From: an uncultured Armatimonadia bacterium
Lineage (GTDB): Bacteria; Armatimonadota; Zipacnadia; CAVVLO01
Assembly: GCA_963749155.1 (NCBI GenBank)
Contig: CAVVLO010000002.1
Coordinates: 576,001-640,000 of the forward strand
DNA length: 64,000 nt
Reading direction: 5' to 3'
Shown here piece after piece: positions 39,316 to 49,611 of this stretch. The notes under the pieces were generated by a model. That model was not told the DNA's origin. It ran no database searches and saw nothing but the letters and a program-made list of their open reading frames with translations. Each line of letters begins with the position of its first letter. Position 1 is the first letter of the stretch. The position numbers were made by a program, and so were the translations under genes.

Positions 39316-40239
39316 TCAGGCGATGGAATCGAGCGTCTGCCTGAGCACTGCAGCACTCTTCTCCAATCCTGCCAGTTCCTCCTGCTCAAGCTCTGGCTCA
39401 AGGATCTCAAGTACGCCCTTCAAGCCAAGTCGGGTGGGCAGCGAGAAAGCCAGGTCAGTGATTCCGAGAGCACCGGTCTGGACCGTCGAGATGGGCAAGA
39501 CGGTGCCCGCATCGCGCGCGATAGCCCGGACGACCTGAGCTATGGCGACACCAACGGCATAGCCAGCCCCGCCCTTCAGGCTTATTACCTCAGCGCCGCT
39601 CTTGCGGGTGCGCGCTTCGATGGCCGCCTGCTTTTCAGCATCGAAACCAGCAAGCGACCTCAGTGAGACACCATTGACAGCAGCCTTCGACCAAATCGGC
39701 ACCATCGAATCACCGTGCTCGCCCAGCATCAACGCGTCGACCTGGGTGTGATCGAGACCCAGTTCATCTGCGATGAGCGATCTGAAACGCAAGGTATCAA
39801 GCATCGTGCCAAGCCCGATTACCTGCGAGGAAGGCAGGCTGAGTTCCTGGGCGGCGATATAGGTCAGGATGTCTACCGGATTGGCGACGACGAAGAAGAT
39901 GACATCCTTCGGCCAGGGGCGCATCTTGAGTTCGCCGATTATGTTGCGGAAGAGAGCTACGTTGCGGTTGATCAGGTCCAGCCGGCTCTCATCAGGCTTA
40001 CGACGCAGGCCGGCGGTGATAATCACAACATCAGAGCCGGTAGTCTGCTCATAGCTGCCAGAGGTAAAGCTGACGGGATAGGTACCTGCCGAGCCGTGCA
40101 GCAGATCGAGAGCTTCTCCGGCCGCCACATCGGCGGCCACATCAATCAGGGCGATTTCTTTCACGTCACCGAAGAGCTGCAACGCGAAAGCGGCGTTGGA
40201 GCCTACTCGCCCAGCGCCGCCTATGATGCTGACTTTCAT
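39316..40239 (-). CDS. mdh: Malate dehydrogenase (LDH-like)
   Basis: GGAGRVG; 'TAGLRRKPDESR' has Arg at the MDH/LDH specificity position; 'VANPVD' and 'GEHGDS'. Confidence 0.85.
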   Translation of the reverse strand: MKVSIIGGAGRVGSNAAFALQLFGDVKEIALIDVAADVAAGEALDLLHGSAGTYPVSFTSGSYEQTTGSDVVIITAGLRRKPDESRLDLINRNVALFRNIIGELKMRPWPKDVIFFVVANPVDILTYIAAQELSLPSSQVIGLGTMLDTLRFRSLIADELGLDHTQVDALMLGEHGDSMVPIWSKAAVNGVSLRSLAGFDAEKQAAIEARTRKSGAEVISLKGGAGYAVGVAIAQVVRAIARDAGTVLPISTVQTGALGITDLAFSLPTRLGLKGVLEILEPELEQEELAGLEKSAAVLRQTLDSIA

Positions 40240-40272
40240 TTTCGAGTCACCAGCCTGTTCGCGTAATACCTT

Positions 40273-41340
40273 CTAAACGAGCTTTGCAATGATGGCGTCG
40301 GCCATCTGGGACGTGCCCACGGCTGTTGGATCGTTGCGGTCGGCCTTCATATCATAAGTAACCGAAACGCCCTCGGCGATAACATCGGACACAGCCTTCT
40401 CGGCGCGGTCGGCAGCGTCGTCCTCGCCCAGATGGCGCAGCATCAGGATGCCCGAGAGGATGGTAGCGGTCGGATTGGTCTTGTTCTGACCTGCATACTT
40501 GGGAGCGCTGCCGTGCACCGGCTCGAACAGGGCGTAATCATCGCCCAGATTGGCGCCTGGCGCAACACCAAGACCGCCCACAAGGCCAGCGCACAGGTCG
40601 CTCAGGATGTCGCCATAGAGGTTGGGAAGCAGCATCACGTCATAGAGTTCGGGCTTCTGAACGAGTTGCATGCACATATTGTCGACCAGGCGCTCTTCAA
40701 ACTCGATATCGGGGTATTCCGCCGCGACCTCGCCAGCCACACGGAAGAAAAGGCCGTCAGTGTATTTCATAATGTTGGCCTTGGCGACCGCCGTGACCTT
40801 CTTGCGCCCGTTAGCCCTGGCATAATCGAAGGCAAACCTGGCAACCTGGCGGGTGCCGGTCACCGAGATGGGCTTGATGCTGATGGCGCTGTCAGAGCGG
40901 ATCTTGCCGCCGCCCATATCGATTATCTGCTGCGCCTCGGGGGTGCCCAGGTCGAATTCGATACCCGCGTACAGGTCCTCAGTGTTCTCGCGCACGATAA
41001 CCAGGTCGACATCGGTATACCGGCTGCGCACGCCCACATAGGATCGGGCGGGACGCAGGCAGGCATAAAGCCCAAGCTGCTGCCTGAGCGCGACGTTAAC
41101 ACTGCGGAAGCCCGTGCCGATTGGCGTAGTGATAGGGCCCTTCAGAGCGACCTTGTTGCGGCGGATGCTTTCCAGCACCTGCTCGGGCAGCGGAGTGCCG
41201 TATTTGTCCATCACGTCTACGCCAGCTTCGACGATTTCCCAGTCGATTTCAACGCCGGTTGCGTCAACTACGCGGCGAGCGGCTTCGGCCACTTCAGGGC
41301 CAATGCCGTCACCGGGGATGAGCGTTACTCTGTAGGCCAT
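40273..41340 (-). CDS. icd: Isocitrate dehydrogenase, probably NADP-dependent
   Basis: 'PGDGIGPE', the isocitrate-type 'RSVNVALR', 'RENTEDLY', 'NLYGDILSD' and 'HGSAPKYAG' (KY, NADP-type). Confidence 0.85.
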   Translation of the reverse strand: MAYRVTLIPGDGIGPEVAEAARRVVDATGVEIDWEIVEAGVDVMDKYGTPLPEQVLESIRRNKVALKGPITTPIGTGFRSVNVALRQQLGLYACLRPARSYVGVRSRYTDVDLVIVRENTEDLYAGIEFDLGTPEAQQIIDMGGGKIRSDSAISIKPISVTGTRQVARFAFDYARANGRKKVTAVAKANIMKYTDGLFFRVAGEVAAEYPDIEFEERLVDNMCMQLVQKPELYDVMLLPNLYGDILSDLCAGLVGGLGVAPGANLGDDYALFEPVHGSAPKYAGQNKTNPTATILSGILMLRHLGEDDAADRAEKAVSDVIAEGVSVTYDMKADRNDPTAVGTSQMADAIIAKLV

Positions 41341-41353
41341 TTTCGTTTCTCCG

Positions 41354-41860
41354 TTAATCGAACTTGAATCCACCGTGCTGCTTCAGATGGGCAATCAAGC
41401 CGCCATCCTCGAGCAGCTTCTGGGCGGTCTTGCTAAGGGGGGGGAAGGTGCGCGCTTCGCCTGTTGAGAGGCGCGTTAGCGTACCTGCATCGAGGTCGAC
41501 CTCTACCTCTTCGCCTTCTTCCAGCCCATCGGTATCTACCATTATGAGCGGCAGGCCGACATTGAAGGCGTTGCGATAGAAGATGCGCGCATAAGACTTG
41601 GACAGCACCGCAGAGAGCCTGGCGGCCTTGATGACGCGCGGCGCCTGCTCGCGAGAGGAGCCACAACCGAAGTTGCTGCCCGCCACGATGAAGTCGCCCG
41701 GCTCAATTTCGTTGAAGAAGCCAGGCCGGATGTCCTCCATCAGGTACTCGGCCAGTTCGTTCATATCCTCGGACTTGAACTTGTAGCGGCCCGAGATGAT
41801 GTAATCGGTATTGATGTCGTTGTTCGGCTCGAAGCGCCGGACTTTGCCCTTGAGTTTCAT
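41354..41860 (-). CDS. LeuD/HacB-type hydratase small subunit (probable aconitase)
   Basis: 'INTDYII', '[11 protein letters not shown]' and '[14 protein letters not shown]'. Confidence 0.9.
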   Translation of the reverse strand: MKLKGKVRRFEPNNDINTDYIISGRYKFKSEDMNELAEYLMEDIRPGFFNEIEPGDFIVAGSNFGCGSSREQAPRVIKAARLSAVLSKSYARIFYRNAFNVGLPLIMVDTDGLEEGEEVEVDLDAGTLTRLSTGEARTFPPLSKTAQKLLEDGGLIAHLKQHGGFKFD

Positions 41861-41861
41861 C

Positions 41862-43124
41862 CTAACCACCCAGCACCTTGCGAGGGTCGGTCAGCTTGCC
41901 CGTGAGCGCCGTTGCGGCCACGGTTGCGGGCGAGCCGAGGTAGATCTCCACGTCCTGGTTGTTGCCCATCCGGCCGAAGAAATTGCGGTTGGCGGTCGAG
42001 ATGACCTTCTCGCCATCCGCTGGCACGCCGTTATGGGTGCCCACGCATGGTCCACAGCCTGGCGCCACGAACACGGCGCCTGCCTCGACCAGCGCCTGAT
42101 GGGCGCCACTTGCGATGATGTCCAGCAGGATGCGCCGGCTGCCAGGCACACAGATAAGCCTGAAGTCGCGTGAGACCTGCTTGCCGCCGAGGATGCGCGC
42201 GGCAATCTCGAAGTCGACGACTCTGCCATTGGTGCAGGTACCGATGACGCCCTCCTGAAGCTCGAGGCCTTCCAGCTCTTCTATCGGCGCGACGTTGTCC
42301 ACGCGATGCGGTTTGGCGATCTGGGGGCCTACCTGGCTGGCGTCGAACTCCAGCACCTCGGCATAACTGGCATCAGCATCGGCTGACTGGGGCTTTGCTG
42401 GCCGCGCAGAATGAGCCGCCGCCCAGGCCAGGGTCTTCTTGTCAGCTTCCATCAGGCCGAATTTGGCGCCCATCTCAATTGCCATATTCGAGATGGTGAA
42501 CCGTTCGTCCATCTCGAGGGCGCCGATTGCTTCGCCCACATATTCGGCTGAGCGATACGTGGCGCCATCAGCGGTGACCTGGCCAATCAGATAGAGGATC
42601 AGGTCTTTAGCTGAACTGCCAAGCGGCAGCTTGTTATTGATTACGAACTTCATTGACTCCGGCACGAGGAACCACAGCTTGCCCGTGTAGGCGGCGGCAG
42701 CCAGGTCGGTGGAGCCGACGCCAGTAGCGGCAGCATTGAGCGCGCCATAGGTGCAGGTGTGGCTGTCCGCCCCCACAATCAGGTCGCCTGGCACAACGTG
42801 GCCCTTCTCGGGAAGGAGCTGGTGACAGATGCCTTCCCCGCCTTCATAAAGCAGGCAACCGTATTTTTTGGCCGCCTTGCGCATTTTGGCGTGGATGTTT
42901 GAGACACCCCTCAGCGGGCTGGGGGCGCTATGATCTATCACCATTGCGAACCGGTCCGCGGCTTCGATTTTCTCGGCGCCGAGGTTTTCCAGTTCGTCAA
43001 TGATCATCATCGAGGTGCCGTCCTGGCCCATACAGTAATCTATGGGCGCCACGATGACTTCTCCGGCCTGGACGGGTTGCCCCGCATGGGCCGAGATTAT
43101 TTTCTCAGCGATTGTCTGTCCCAT
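41862..43124 (-). CDS. LeuC/HacA-type Fe-S hydratase large subunit (probable aconitase)
   Basis: 'GICHQ', 'GADSHTCTYG', 'GTCTNGR', 'PGCGPCVG' and 'NRNFFGRMG'. Confidence 0.92.
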   Translation of the reverse strand: MGQTIAEKIISAHAGQPVQAGEVIVAPIDYCMGQDGTSMMIIDELENLGAEKIEAADRFAMVIDHSAPSPLRGVSNIHAKMRKAAKKYGCLLYEGGEGICHQLLPEKGHVVPGDLIVGADSHTCTYGALNAAATGVGSTDLAAAAYTGKLWFLVPESMKFVINNKLPLGSSAKDLILYLIGQVTADGATYRSAEYVGEAIGALEMDERFTISNMAIEMGAKFGLMEADKKTLAWAAAHSARPAKPQSADADASYAEVLEFDASQVGPQIAKPHRVDNVAPIEELEGLELQEGVIGTCTNGRVVDFEIAARILGGKQVSRDFRLICVPGSRRILLDIIASGAHQALVEAGAVFVAPGCGPCVGTHNGVPADGEKVISTANRNFFGRMGNNQDVEIYLGSPATVAATALTGKLTDPRKVLGG

Positions 43125-43133
43125 TTTCGCCTC

Positions 43134-44375
43134 TTACAGCGTCGGATCTACAGTCAGCAGCAGCTCGGTTTCTTCGGGGTAGGTATAGATGAAGCGCAAC
43201 TCTGCCTCGTTCAGCGGCTTCTGCGTGTGCAGGTTGGCATACTGACACAGCCTCAGCAGCTCGCGGGTCTGGTCGTTATCAGTAAGCTCCAGTCCTATAT
43301 CCTCATAGACCTTCTTCAGGCCCGCCGCGCCGCCATACTCGCCGGTGGTGATGATGCGGCCAGTATGAGAGACACAAGGATCTCCGCGCCCAAGCTCTTC
43401 ATAGTCATAAAGCTCGTAGTTCTTGCGGTCCTTCAACGCGCCATCGGCGTGGATGCCCGACTCGTGCGCGAAGGCATTGGCGCCGACGCCCACCTGGTTG
43501 ATCGGAATAGGCAGACCAGTAGCCTCGGAGAAGTAGTTGGCCAGCTTCCAGCTATGACCAAGCACAACCTCCGGATCCAGCACGTCTCTGCCTTCAAGGC
43601 CGGCGCTGTATTTTAGAGCAAGCACCGTGCTCAGCAGGTCGGCGTTGCCAGCCCGTTCGCCCAGGCCATTCACGGTCACGTCAATGAAGGCGTCATAACC
43701 CGCGTCGATGCAGCCAAGCGCCCCCATTACACTGTTGGCGACAACCATCCCCAGGTCGTTATGGCAGTGCATCTCCATTGGGATGCCCACTTCACTCGCG
43801 ACCTCGTGGATACGGTTGTAGATATTCTGGGGCGACTCACAGCCCAGAGTGTCACAGTAACGGACGCGCACGGCGCCTGCGGCTTTGGCTGCGGCCGCGA
43901 ACTCCTTGAGGAAGCCGAGGTCGGTCCGGGAGGCATCCTCGGAGTTGACCGTGGCCGTCTTGATGCCGTTCTCCAGCGCATATTTGCAGGAGTCTTCGGC
44001 CGACTTCAGCACCTCGGCGCGACCCATTTTGCCGCGGAACTTCTTCTCTATCATTATGTCCGAGGTCGAGATGGACAGAGCCAGATGTTCGAGGTCGGTA
44101 TGCTTAACCGCCTTGTCAACATCATCGATGATGCCCCGGCACCAGCCTTCGAGGCGCATACGCTTGAAAGCGCCCTTCTTGGCGAGTTCGGTGTTGGCTT
44201 TGATGTAGTTCAGTTCGTGCCCAGTGAAGGGGAAACCTATCTCGCCCTGGAACACGCCCACCTCATCCAGCATCAAGTTGACAATCGTCTTCTCGAGCTT
44301 GGCGAGGTTTACCCTGGCGGTCTGGACCCCGTCTCTATTGGTCACGTCTACAAGGTAGATGCGCGGCTTACTCAT
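43134..44375 (-). CDS. LeuA/homocitrate-synthase-fold (DRE-TIM) synthase, candidate Re-citrate synthase
   Basis: 'DVTNRDGVQT', 'EDASR', 'CDTLG', 'HCHNDLGM', 'GERAGN' and 'HESGIHADG'. No LeuA regulatory domain, and it lies in a TCA context. Confidence 0.8.
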   Translation of the reverse strand: MSKPRIYLVDVTNRDGVQTARVNLAKLEKTIVNLMLDEVGVFQGEIGFPFTGHELNYIKANTELAKKGAFKRMRLEGWCRGIIDDVDKAVKHTDLEHLALSISTSDIMIEKKFRGKMGRAEVLKSAEDSCKYALENGIKTATVNSEDASRTDLGFLKEFAAAAKAAGAVRVRYCDTLGCESPQNIYNRIHEVASEVGIPMEMHCHNDLGMVVANSVMGALGCIDAGYDAFIDVTVNGLGERAGNADLLSTVLALKYSAGLEGRDVLDPEVVLGHSWKLANYFSEATGLPIPINQVGVGANAFAHESGIHADGALKDRKNYELYDYEELGRGDPCVSHTGRIITTGEYGGAAGLKKVYEDIGLELTDNDQTRELLRLCQYANLHTQKPLNEAELRFIYTYPEETELLLTVDPTL

Positions 44376-44395
44376 TTTAGTATCCTCCTGTCGGT

Positions 44396-45367
44396 CTAAT
44401 AATCTCTCTGGCCCACCCAATCGGCGATATCGAGCAGCGCGGCCCTGGCTTTGTTGTCGGCCAAATCCACGAGGGCTTCCTGCGCTCTAACGCAGTGCTC
44501 GATGGCGACCTGCCTGGCTGCCACTGCCCCTCCGAGTTCGTTCACAAGAGCCACAATCCGCTCAAGTGTCTCGGTGTCTGCCTTTTGGCTGGCGAGTAGA
44601 GCTTTGAGTTGCTTCGTCCTGGTCTTGCTTGTTGCGCGAAGGGCCAGCAGCACCGGCAGGGTCAGCTTGCCCTCGCTAATATCTTCTCCGACCGGCTTGC
44701 CAAGTCGGGTTGGGTTACTGGTAAAGTCGAGTGTGTCATCGGTTATCTGGAAAGCCATCCCCAGATGATAACCGTAAGCCTTCAGGGCATTGACCTCTTC
44801 GACACTAGCCTGGGCCGCCAGAGCGCCCAAAGCGCATGAAGCGGAAAGCAGCGCCGCGGTCTTGCCCCGGATGACATCCAGGTAGTCCTGCTCTGCCACA
44901 TCCACTTGATGATGGTCTGCGAATTGGGCAACTTCGGCCTCCGTCATCTGGGCCATAAGCTCGGAAACCTGGTCAATCATGGCCAGATCCCGCAGGCTGC
45001 CAGCAATCAATAAAGCTTGACCAATAAGATAATCTCCCCCAAGTACTGCCACCCGCGCCCCATGCTGCTTGTGGGCTGTCGGGCGACCGCGCCTGAGAGG
45101 CGAGGCGTCCACAATATCGTCGTGAATCAGCGATGCAGTATGAACTAGTTCTACTGCTGCCGCAACTCTGAACGCTCTATCGTCCAGCTTGCCAGTTGCT
45201 TTCGCTGACAGCAAAGCAAGCAAAGGCCGGACGCGCTTCCCCGGAGGGAAGAGACTGCCCCGCACAAGCTCCGTAAGTGGAGGTGGGGCCTGGTCAGCGA
45301 CCTGCTCGAGCTGCGCTTCAACCTGGGCCAGCCCCTTGCTAACTAGCCGGGATGCCTGTTCCAACAA
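44396..45367 (-). CDS. Long-chain polyprenyl diphosphate synthase
   Basis: 'GKRVRP', FARM 'HDDIVD...RRG', 'GKTA' and SARM 'FQITDDTLD'. Confidence 0.92.
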   Translation of the reverse strand: MLEQASRLVSKGLAQVEAQLEQVADQAPPPLTELVRGSLFPPGKRVRPLLALLSAKATGKLDDRAFRVAAAVELVHTASLIHDDIVDASPLRRGRPTAHKQHGARVAVLGGDYLIGQALLIAGSLRDLAMIDQVSELMAQMTEAEVAQFADHHQVDVAEQDYLDVIRGKTAALLSASCALGALAAQASVEEVNALKAYGYHLGMAFQITDDTLDFTSNPTRLGKPVGEDISEGKLTLPVLLALRATSKTRTKQLKALLASQKADTETLERIVALVNELGGAVAARQVAIEHCVRAQEALVDLADNKARAALLDIADWVGQRDY

Positions 45368-45473
45368 TAAAGCCTCAAAGCCAGTTCCCTGCCGGAAACT
45401 GGCCGGATATCACGACCGAAGATAATACCATATACCTGCCTTCTCGTGAAGGTACCGGCCTCTTTAAGGGGCC

Positions 45474-45510
45474 AAAACAAAAGCCCCGAGCCCAAAAGGC
45501 GACTCGGGGC
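45474..45510 (-). terminator. Intrinsic terminator after the nucleoside hydrolase gene
   Basis: GCCCCGAG/CTCGGGGC stem followed on the minus strand by TTTTGTTTT. Confidence 0.65.
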
Positions 45511-45528
45511 CTCGACAGCCTCCAGGAC

Positions 45529-46428
45529 TCAGGGCAGTAGTCTTGCTCTCAGCAACCTGTGGAAGCGCTCCGCGTCCACGCCTACCGCCACACGGGAAGG
45601 TGAACTCTCGTCCAGATACCAGATTATCTGGCCTCGAAGCTCGCCTGCCAACTGCACCGAAAGCCTCATCGGAGCAAGCGTCAGAAGCTCTGGATCAATT
45701 AGCGAGGCCAGCGCCAGTGGGTCATGCATGGGAGTCGAATCGGCTTCTCTGATACTGAGCCAACGCGCCAGCATTACCGCAAGCCCCCGCGCAACTCCTT
45801 CTTTACTCGCCTGGAAAGCCTGCATATCTGCGCGCGTCACCCGGGTGCGCTGGGTAACATCGAGCGGCACCAGAGTCACCGGGATGCCGCTTTCCAGCAC
45901 GATTTTTGCCGCCTCCGGATCACAAAAAATATTGTGCTCAATTGGCGGCAGATAAAGCATATCAGGGGCAATCCTCAGCACTCCTCCCATCGCTACAATG
46001 CGAGAGACCCAATCTACCAGCCGGGGCTCCCTCAAGAGAGCCAGGGCGAGATTTGTCATAGCGCCAATCGGCGCCAGCACGAGTTCTCCCGGATATTTCT
46101 CGGCCTGCTCGATTATGAAATCCACTGCGTGCAAAGGCGACTTCAGGTCTTCCCACTCCGGATCGTCCTCGGTAAGGAAACCTTCGCCTTCGTGACCCAT
46201 CCAGCCATGTTGCTTGTCTCGCAACAACGGGGGACCGACTCCGACGGCCACTGGAACAGTCTGCCCCGACAGGTGGATTAGCTTGCGGGCGATGCGCGCG
46301 CGCAGCTCGGTATCGGAATTGACCGTCGTCACGCCAACCAGTTCCAGCTCGGGTGAGTTGAGACAGAGCGCCAGAGCTACGGCATCGTCTATATCGGTAC
46401 CGATGTCGGTATCGAGAATAAGCTTCAT
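45529..46428 (-). CDS. Nucleoside hydrolase (inosine/uridine-preferring family)
   Basis: 'DTDIGTDIDD', 'IGAMTNLA', 'EHNIFCDPEAA' and 'MHDPLA'. Confidence 0.92.
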   Translation of the reverse strand: MKLILDTDIGTDIDDAVALALCLNSPELELVGVTTVNSDTELRARIARKLIHLSGQTVPVAVGVGPPLLRDKQHGWMGHEGEGFLTEDDPEWEDLKSPLHAVDFIIEQAEKYPGELVLAPIGAMTNLALALLREPRLVDWVSRIVAMGGVLRIAPDMLYLPPIEHNIFCDPEAAKIVLESGIPVTLVPLDVTQRTRVTRADMQAFQASKEGVARGLAVMLARWLSIREADSTPMHDPLALASLIDPELLTLAPMRLSVQLAGELRGQIIWYLDESSPSRVAVGVDAERFHRLLRARLLP

Positions 46429-46441
46429 TCAAGAAGGCCTC

Positions 46442-47728
46442 CTAGCCCTGGCTTTCCAGTTCAGCAAGTTTCTCGGCGCACCCGACTACCTTCTTCACAG
46501 CCGCTGCAAGCTGGTCCATAAGCTCGAAGCGCTCATCGGCCAGATGGCCTGTATACATAATCACATCACGGGCGGCCAGTTCCTCACAGCGAGGCAGATC
46601 GCCTTCTTTGTATTCAACTTGCCGGCCCGCCAGCGCGCAGCCCCAGGGGCAGTTGCCCTTCGGATAGAAGAACCTGTCCTGGAAGCGCGCCCTGTAGGGG
46701 ATGGGCACGTTGATGTAGATGCCAAAAGGCGCGCCTTCGGCGTTCAGGGCTTCGAGGAACTTGCCGCGCGAAAGGCCGTGTAGTTCCTCTGTGAAGTATT
46801 CGAAGGCCAGGACATGATAGACATGCTTGCGGCCGACAGGACATCTGATGGCCTTGAGGCCTGGCACCCCTTCAAGCTGGTTCATAAGCCGCTCGCAGTT
46901 CTTGATGCGCCAGGAATTTCGCTCATCGAGATACACGAGCTGGCTTTTCGCCATCGCTGCGGCAAAGGGATGCATCCGGTAATTGAAGGCAGTGCTGTCT
47001 ATGTACCGCGCCCAGTCGCAATCGTCTATCTCATCCCCCTGCCTGGCGGGATGCATCGAGTAGATGAGCATCCGCTGATACGCGTTCTTGTCGCGCGTAA
47101 GAACTATGCCGCCTTCAAGAGCGGGAGTTGCCTTGGAGGCTTGCAGGCTGAAGCACCCAAAGTCGCCCAGGGTGCCCACCTTGCGCCCTTTGTCTTCTCC
47201 CCCATGGCACTGGGCGCAGTCCTCGATAACCGGCAGGTTGTGCTTGCGAGCGACTTCCATGATGGGGTCCATATCGCAGGGCATCCCATACATATGGACC
47301 AGGACGATGGCTTTTGTGAAGGGGCTAATCGCCGCCTCAATCGAAGCCGCGTCCAGGTTGAAGGTGGCGTCGAGGTCCGCATAAACGGGGATGGCATTGG
47401 CGTGGAGGATGCAAGCCGTAGTCGCGCCCCAGGTATAAGGAGAGGTGACTACCTCATCGCCTGGCCCGACCCCTGCGCCAATCAGCGCCAGGTGCAAGGC
47501 CGTCGTGCCCGAGCTGCAACCGAGCGCATAAGGCATCTGGTGATACTCGGCGAAGGCGTCTTCAAAGGCGCCAATGACTCCGCCAGCGTGAATAGCATCG
47601 CGCCCAGTGCCCCAGTAAGCGTCGGTGATGGCCTTGGCCTCGGCTTCGGACCGGAAGGGATAACCAGGCCAGGCGGCGGTTACCCCGGGGTCAGCGCCAA
47701 AAAGAGCCAGCTCCTGCAGAGTGTGCAT
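46442..47728 (-). CDS. DegT/DnrJ/EryC1/StrS PLP aminotransferase
   Basis: 'SGTTALHLAL', 'VHMYG', 'EDCAQ' and 'FSLQASK..PALEGG'. Confidence 0.92.
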   Translation of the reverse strand: MHTLQELALFGADPGVTAAWPGYPFRSEAEAKAITDAYWGTGRDAIHAGGVIGAFEDAFAEYHQMPYALGCSSGTTALHLALIGAGVGPGDEVVTSPYTWGATTACILHANAIPVYADLDATFNLDAASIEAAISPFTKAIVLVHMYGMPCDMDPIMEVARKHNLPVIEDCAQCHGGEDKGRKVGTLGDFGCFSLQASKATPALEGGIVLTRDKNAYQRMLIYSMHPARQGDEIDDCDWARYIDSTAFNYRMHPFAAAMAKSQLVYLDERNSWRIKNCERLMNQLEGVPGLKAIRCPVGRKHVYHVLAFEYFTEELHGLSRGKFLEALNAEGAPFGIYINVPIPYRARFQDRFFYPKGNCPWGCALAGRQVEYKEGDLPRCEELAARDVIMYTGHLADERFELMDQLAAAVKKVVGCAEKLAELESQG

Positions 47729-47740
47729 CGCGCTCCTCCC

Positions 47741-47777
47741 AAAAAAACGAATTGCAGCCCAAGTCGGGCTGCAATTC
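47741..47777 (-). terminator. Strong terminator-like hairpin
   Basis: Perfect 12-bp stem GAATTGCAGCCC/GGGCTGCAATTC with a 5-nt loop, followed by GTTTTTTT on the minus strand. Confidence 0.75.
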
Positions 47778-47815
47778 AGCGTGGAGCCTTATTCTCCTGC
47801 CCGGCTAGCAGTTGC

Positions 47816-49601
47816 TTATTGCCCGCCGAGTTTGAATAGTGTGATGTCTTCGAGCTGCCCTGGCTGGGCGCCTTTGGTGAGGGTTACCGAAAGCACGTAC
47901 CAACCAGCCTTCACCTGACCCAGATCCAGTCGCACATCCTGCTTCTGGCCCGCGGCAACCGCCGTGTGACGCTCCACTGCCGACTGGCCTTGCTCAAGTG
48001 GCGCCAGGCTTACGCCAAGTTCTCCCTCAGCCGGACATGACAGCTTAAGCCCGCAGCCCCAGCCTTCTGCCGTTAGATAAAGGTAATAGCTGCGACCGAT
48101 ACCAACAGGCAACTCGCAGCTCTCGCCCCTGGTGACCGCCAGCGCCGTGCCGGCTGTGTCGGACCGGTAAGCCGCGTTGAAGAAGCCCGGCGCAAGTTTG
48201 AAATTGTTACCAGGCAACCGTTTTACCGAATCCACCAGGGCGCTCTTAAAGTAGTCCACCGTATAGCCAATCAGGTGTTTGCTGGCCAGAGAGAAGCCCC
48301 GTGGCGTCTGCGCGCCCTCGGTATAAAGGGCCATCCCAAGCCAATAATCGAAGCCGCTTGCATCTGTAGCCTTCGCCAGTGGCGAGGTCGGCCCGGCTTC
48401 CATATAACCTGCCAGCAGCTTGTCATAGCGCTGCTTGAACAGTCCTGTAAGGTCCAGGGGCCGCCACCAGTAAGCCAGAGAACGCGGGATTTGCCTTGGG
48501 TTCAACTTCGACAGACTCATCCTCAGCGGGCGCCTCATCAGAGCCCGGGGTTTCGACAGGCTGGGCATCGGCGATGGGGGTAATCGTGCCGGATGCCTCC
48601 GAAAGCAACAGCCAGCGCGAGAAAAGCAGCTCTCCGAGTATCCCGTTCGCCCAGGCTTCGGGCGCGGTAAAGCCATCTACCGCAGGCAGCATCAGATGGC
48701 CTGCCTCATGCGCCACTTCGCGGAACCACTCCAGATCGTCCCTGGGTCGCTCCATCTCGTAAAAATACAGGTCGTTGGCCACATGCTCGCCGCCGGCCCG
48801 GCCATCCTCGCAAAGCCACACGTGGAAAGGCGCGCTTGCCCCAGGATCGCGGCCTGTGTATTCAGTCGCCATCGCTGTCAGCGAAACCAGCAGAGTCGCC
48901 GCTTGCCTGGCTCTCAGGGTATAGTCCTGACCGAGCTCGCTCAGATATTTGGAAGGATAGTAAAGCGCAAATTTCTGCTCGTACCGATGGGCTTCGGCAT
49001 CGAAAACATAGCCGTAGATGACCCGGTTGAAACTGGCGCCGGTCCGCGCCTCCACCAGGGGCACTTTCTGCTGGTCGGGGTAGATGACCGAAGTCGTGCA
49101 GGCCACCGCGACCGTCTTGGTTGCCCCTCCTTCGACTGGCCTCAGATGGACCGGGAAGCAGTCGAAACGTGTCGGGCCGAGATTGATGAAGTCATCGTCC
49201 ACCCATAGCATATACCCGGGGCGGTAGACCAAAACTTTCAGCGTGCGAGAGGCATAATCGTCGTCAGGCGCGAATCTGAGCGCCTGGATTAGCGCCATCA
49301 CAGCTTCTTCCCTCTTGCCAAGCTGGACCTGGGCGAAGGCCTTCCATTTCCAGGCATCCGCATAGTCGGGCGAGATAGCCAGCGCGCGTTCAAACTCGCC
49401 CAGTCCTTCCTGGACGCGTTGCTCTCTAAGCAAGGCTTGCCCGCGCCCAAGCGCCGCGGCAGCCTCGGGAGGCGGAGCGCCCAGGTTGGGTTGCACAGTA
49501 GGGGTAAGGTCCAGGGGATTAACTCGCTGCGCCTGCCCCAGGGTCGCCCCCAGCAGCAGCAGCGCCAACGCCATTAGACAGGTCAGCCTGATTACGTTCA
49601 T
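47816..49601 (-). CDS. Secreted TPR + HExxH (zincin-like) protein; +1 frameshift near 48480
   Basis: Signal peptide, TPR 'FERALAISPDYADAWKWKA', and 'REVAHEAGH...EAWANG'. Continues in ORF 47816..48676 as 'LAYWWRPLDL'. Confidence 0.7.
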
Positions 49602-49611
49602 ATGCCCTCGA

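Noticed and set aside
40273..44375. Leucine (leuABCD) or alpha-aminoadipate lysine operon interpretation
   Set aside because: The dehydrogenase has isocitrate/NADP signatures and the flanking genes are mdh and fumarase. No ilv or lysW/X genes are nearby.
34405..48720. Shared 'HEAGHL' motif in the island protein and the TPR protein
   Set aside because: A generic HExxH context with no wider similarity visible, so it is not evidence of paralogy.
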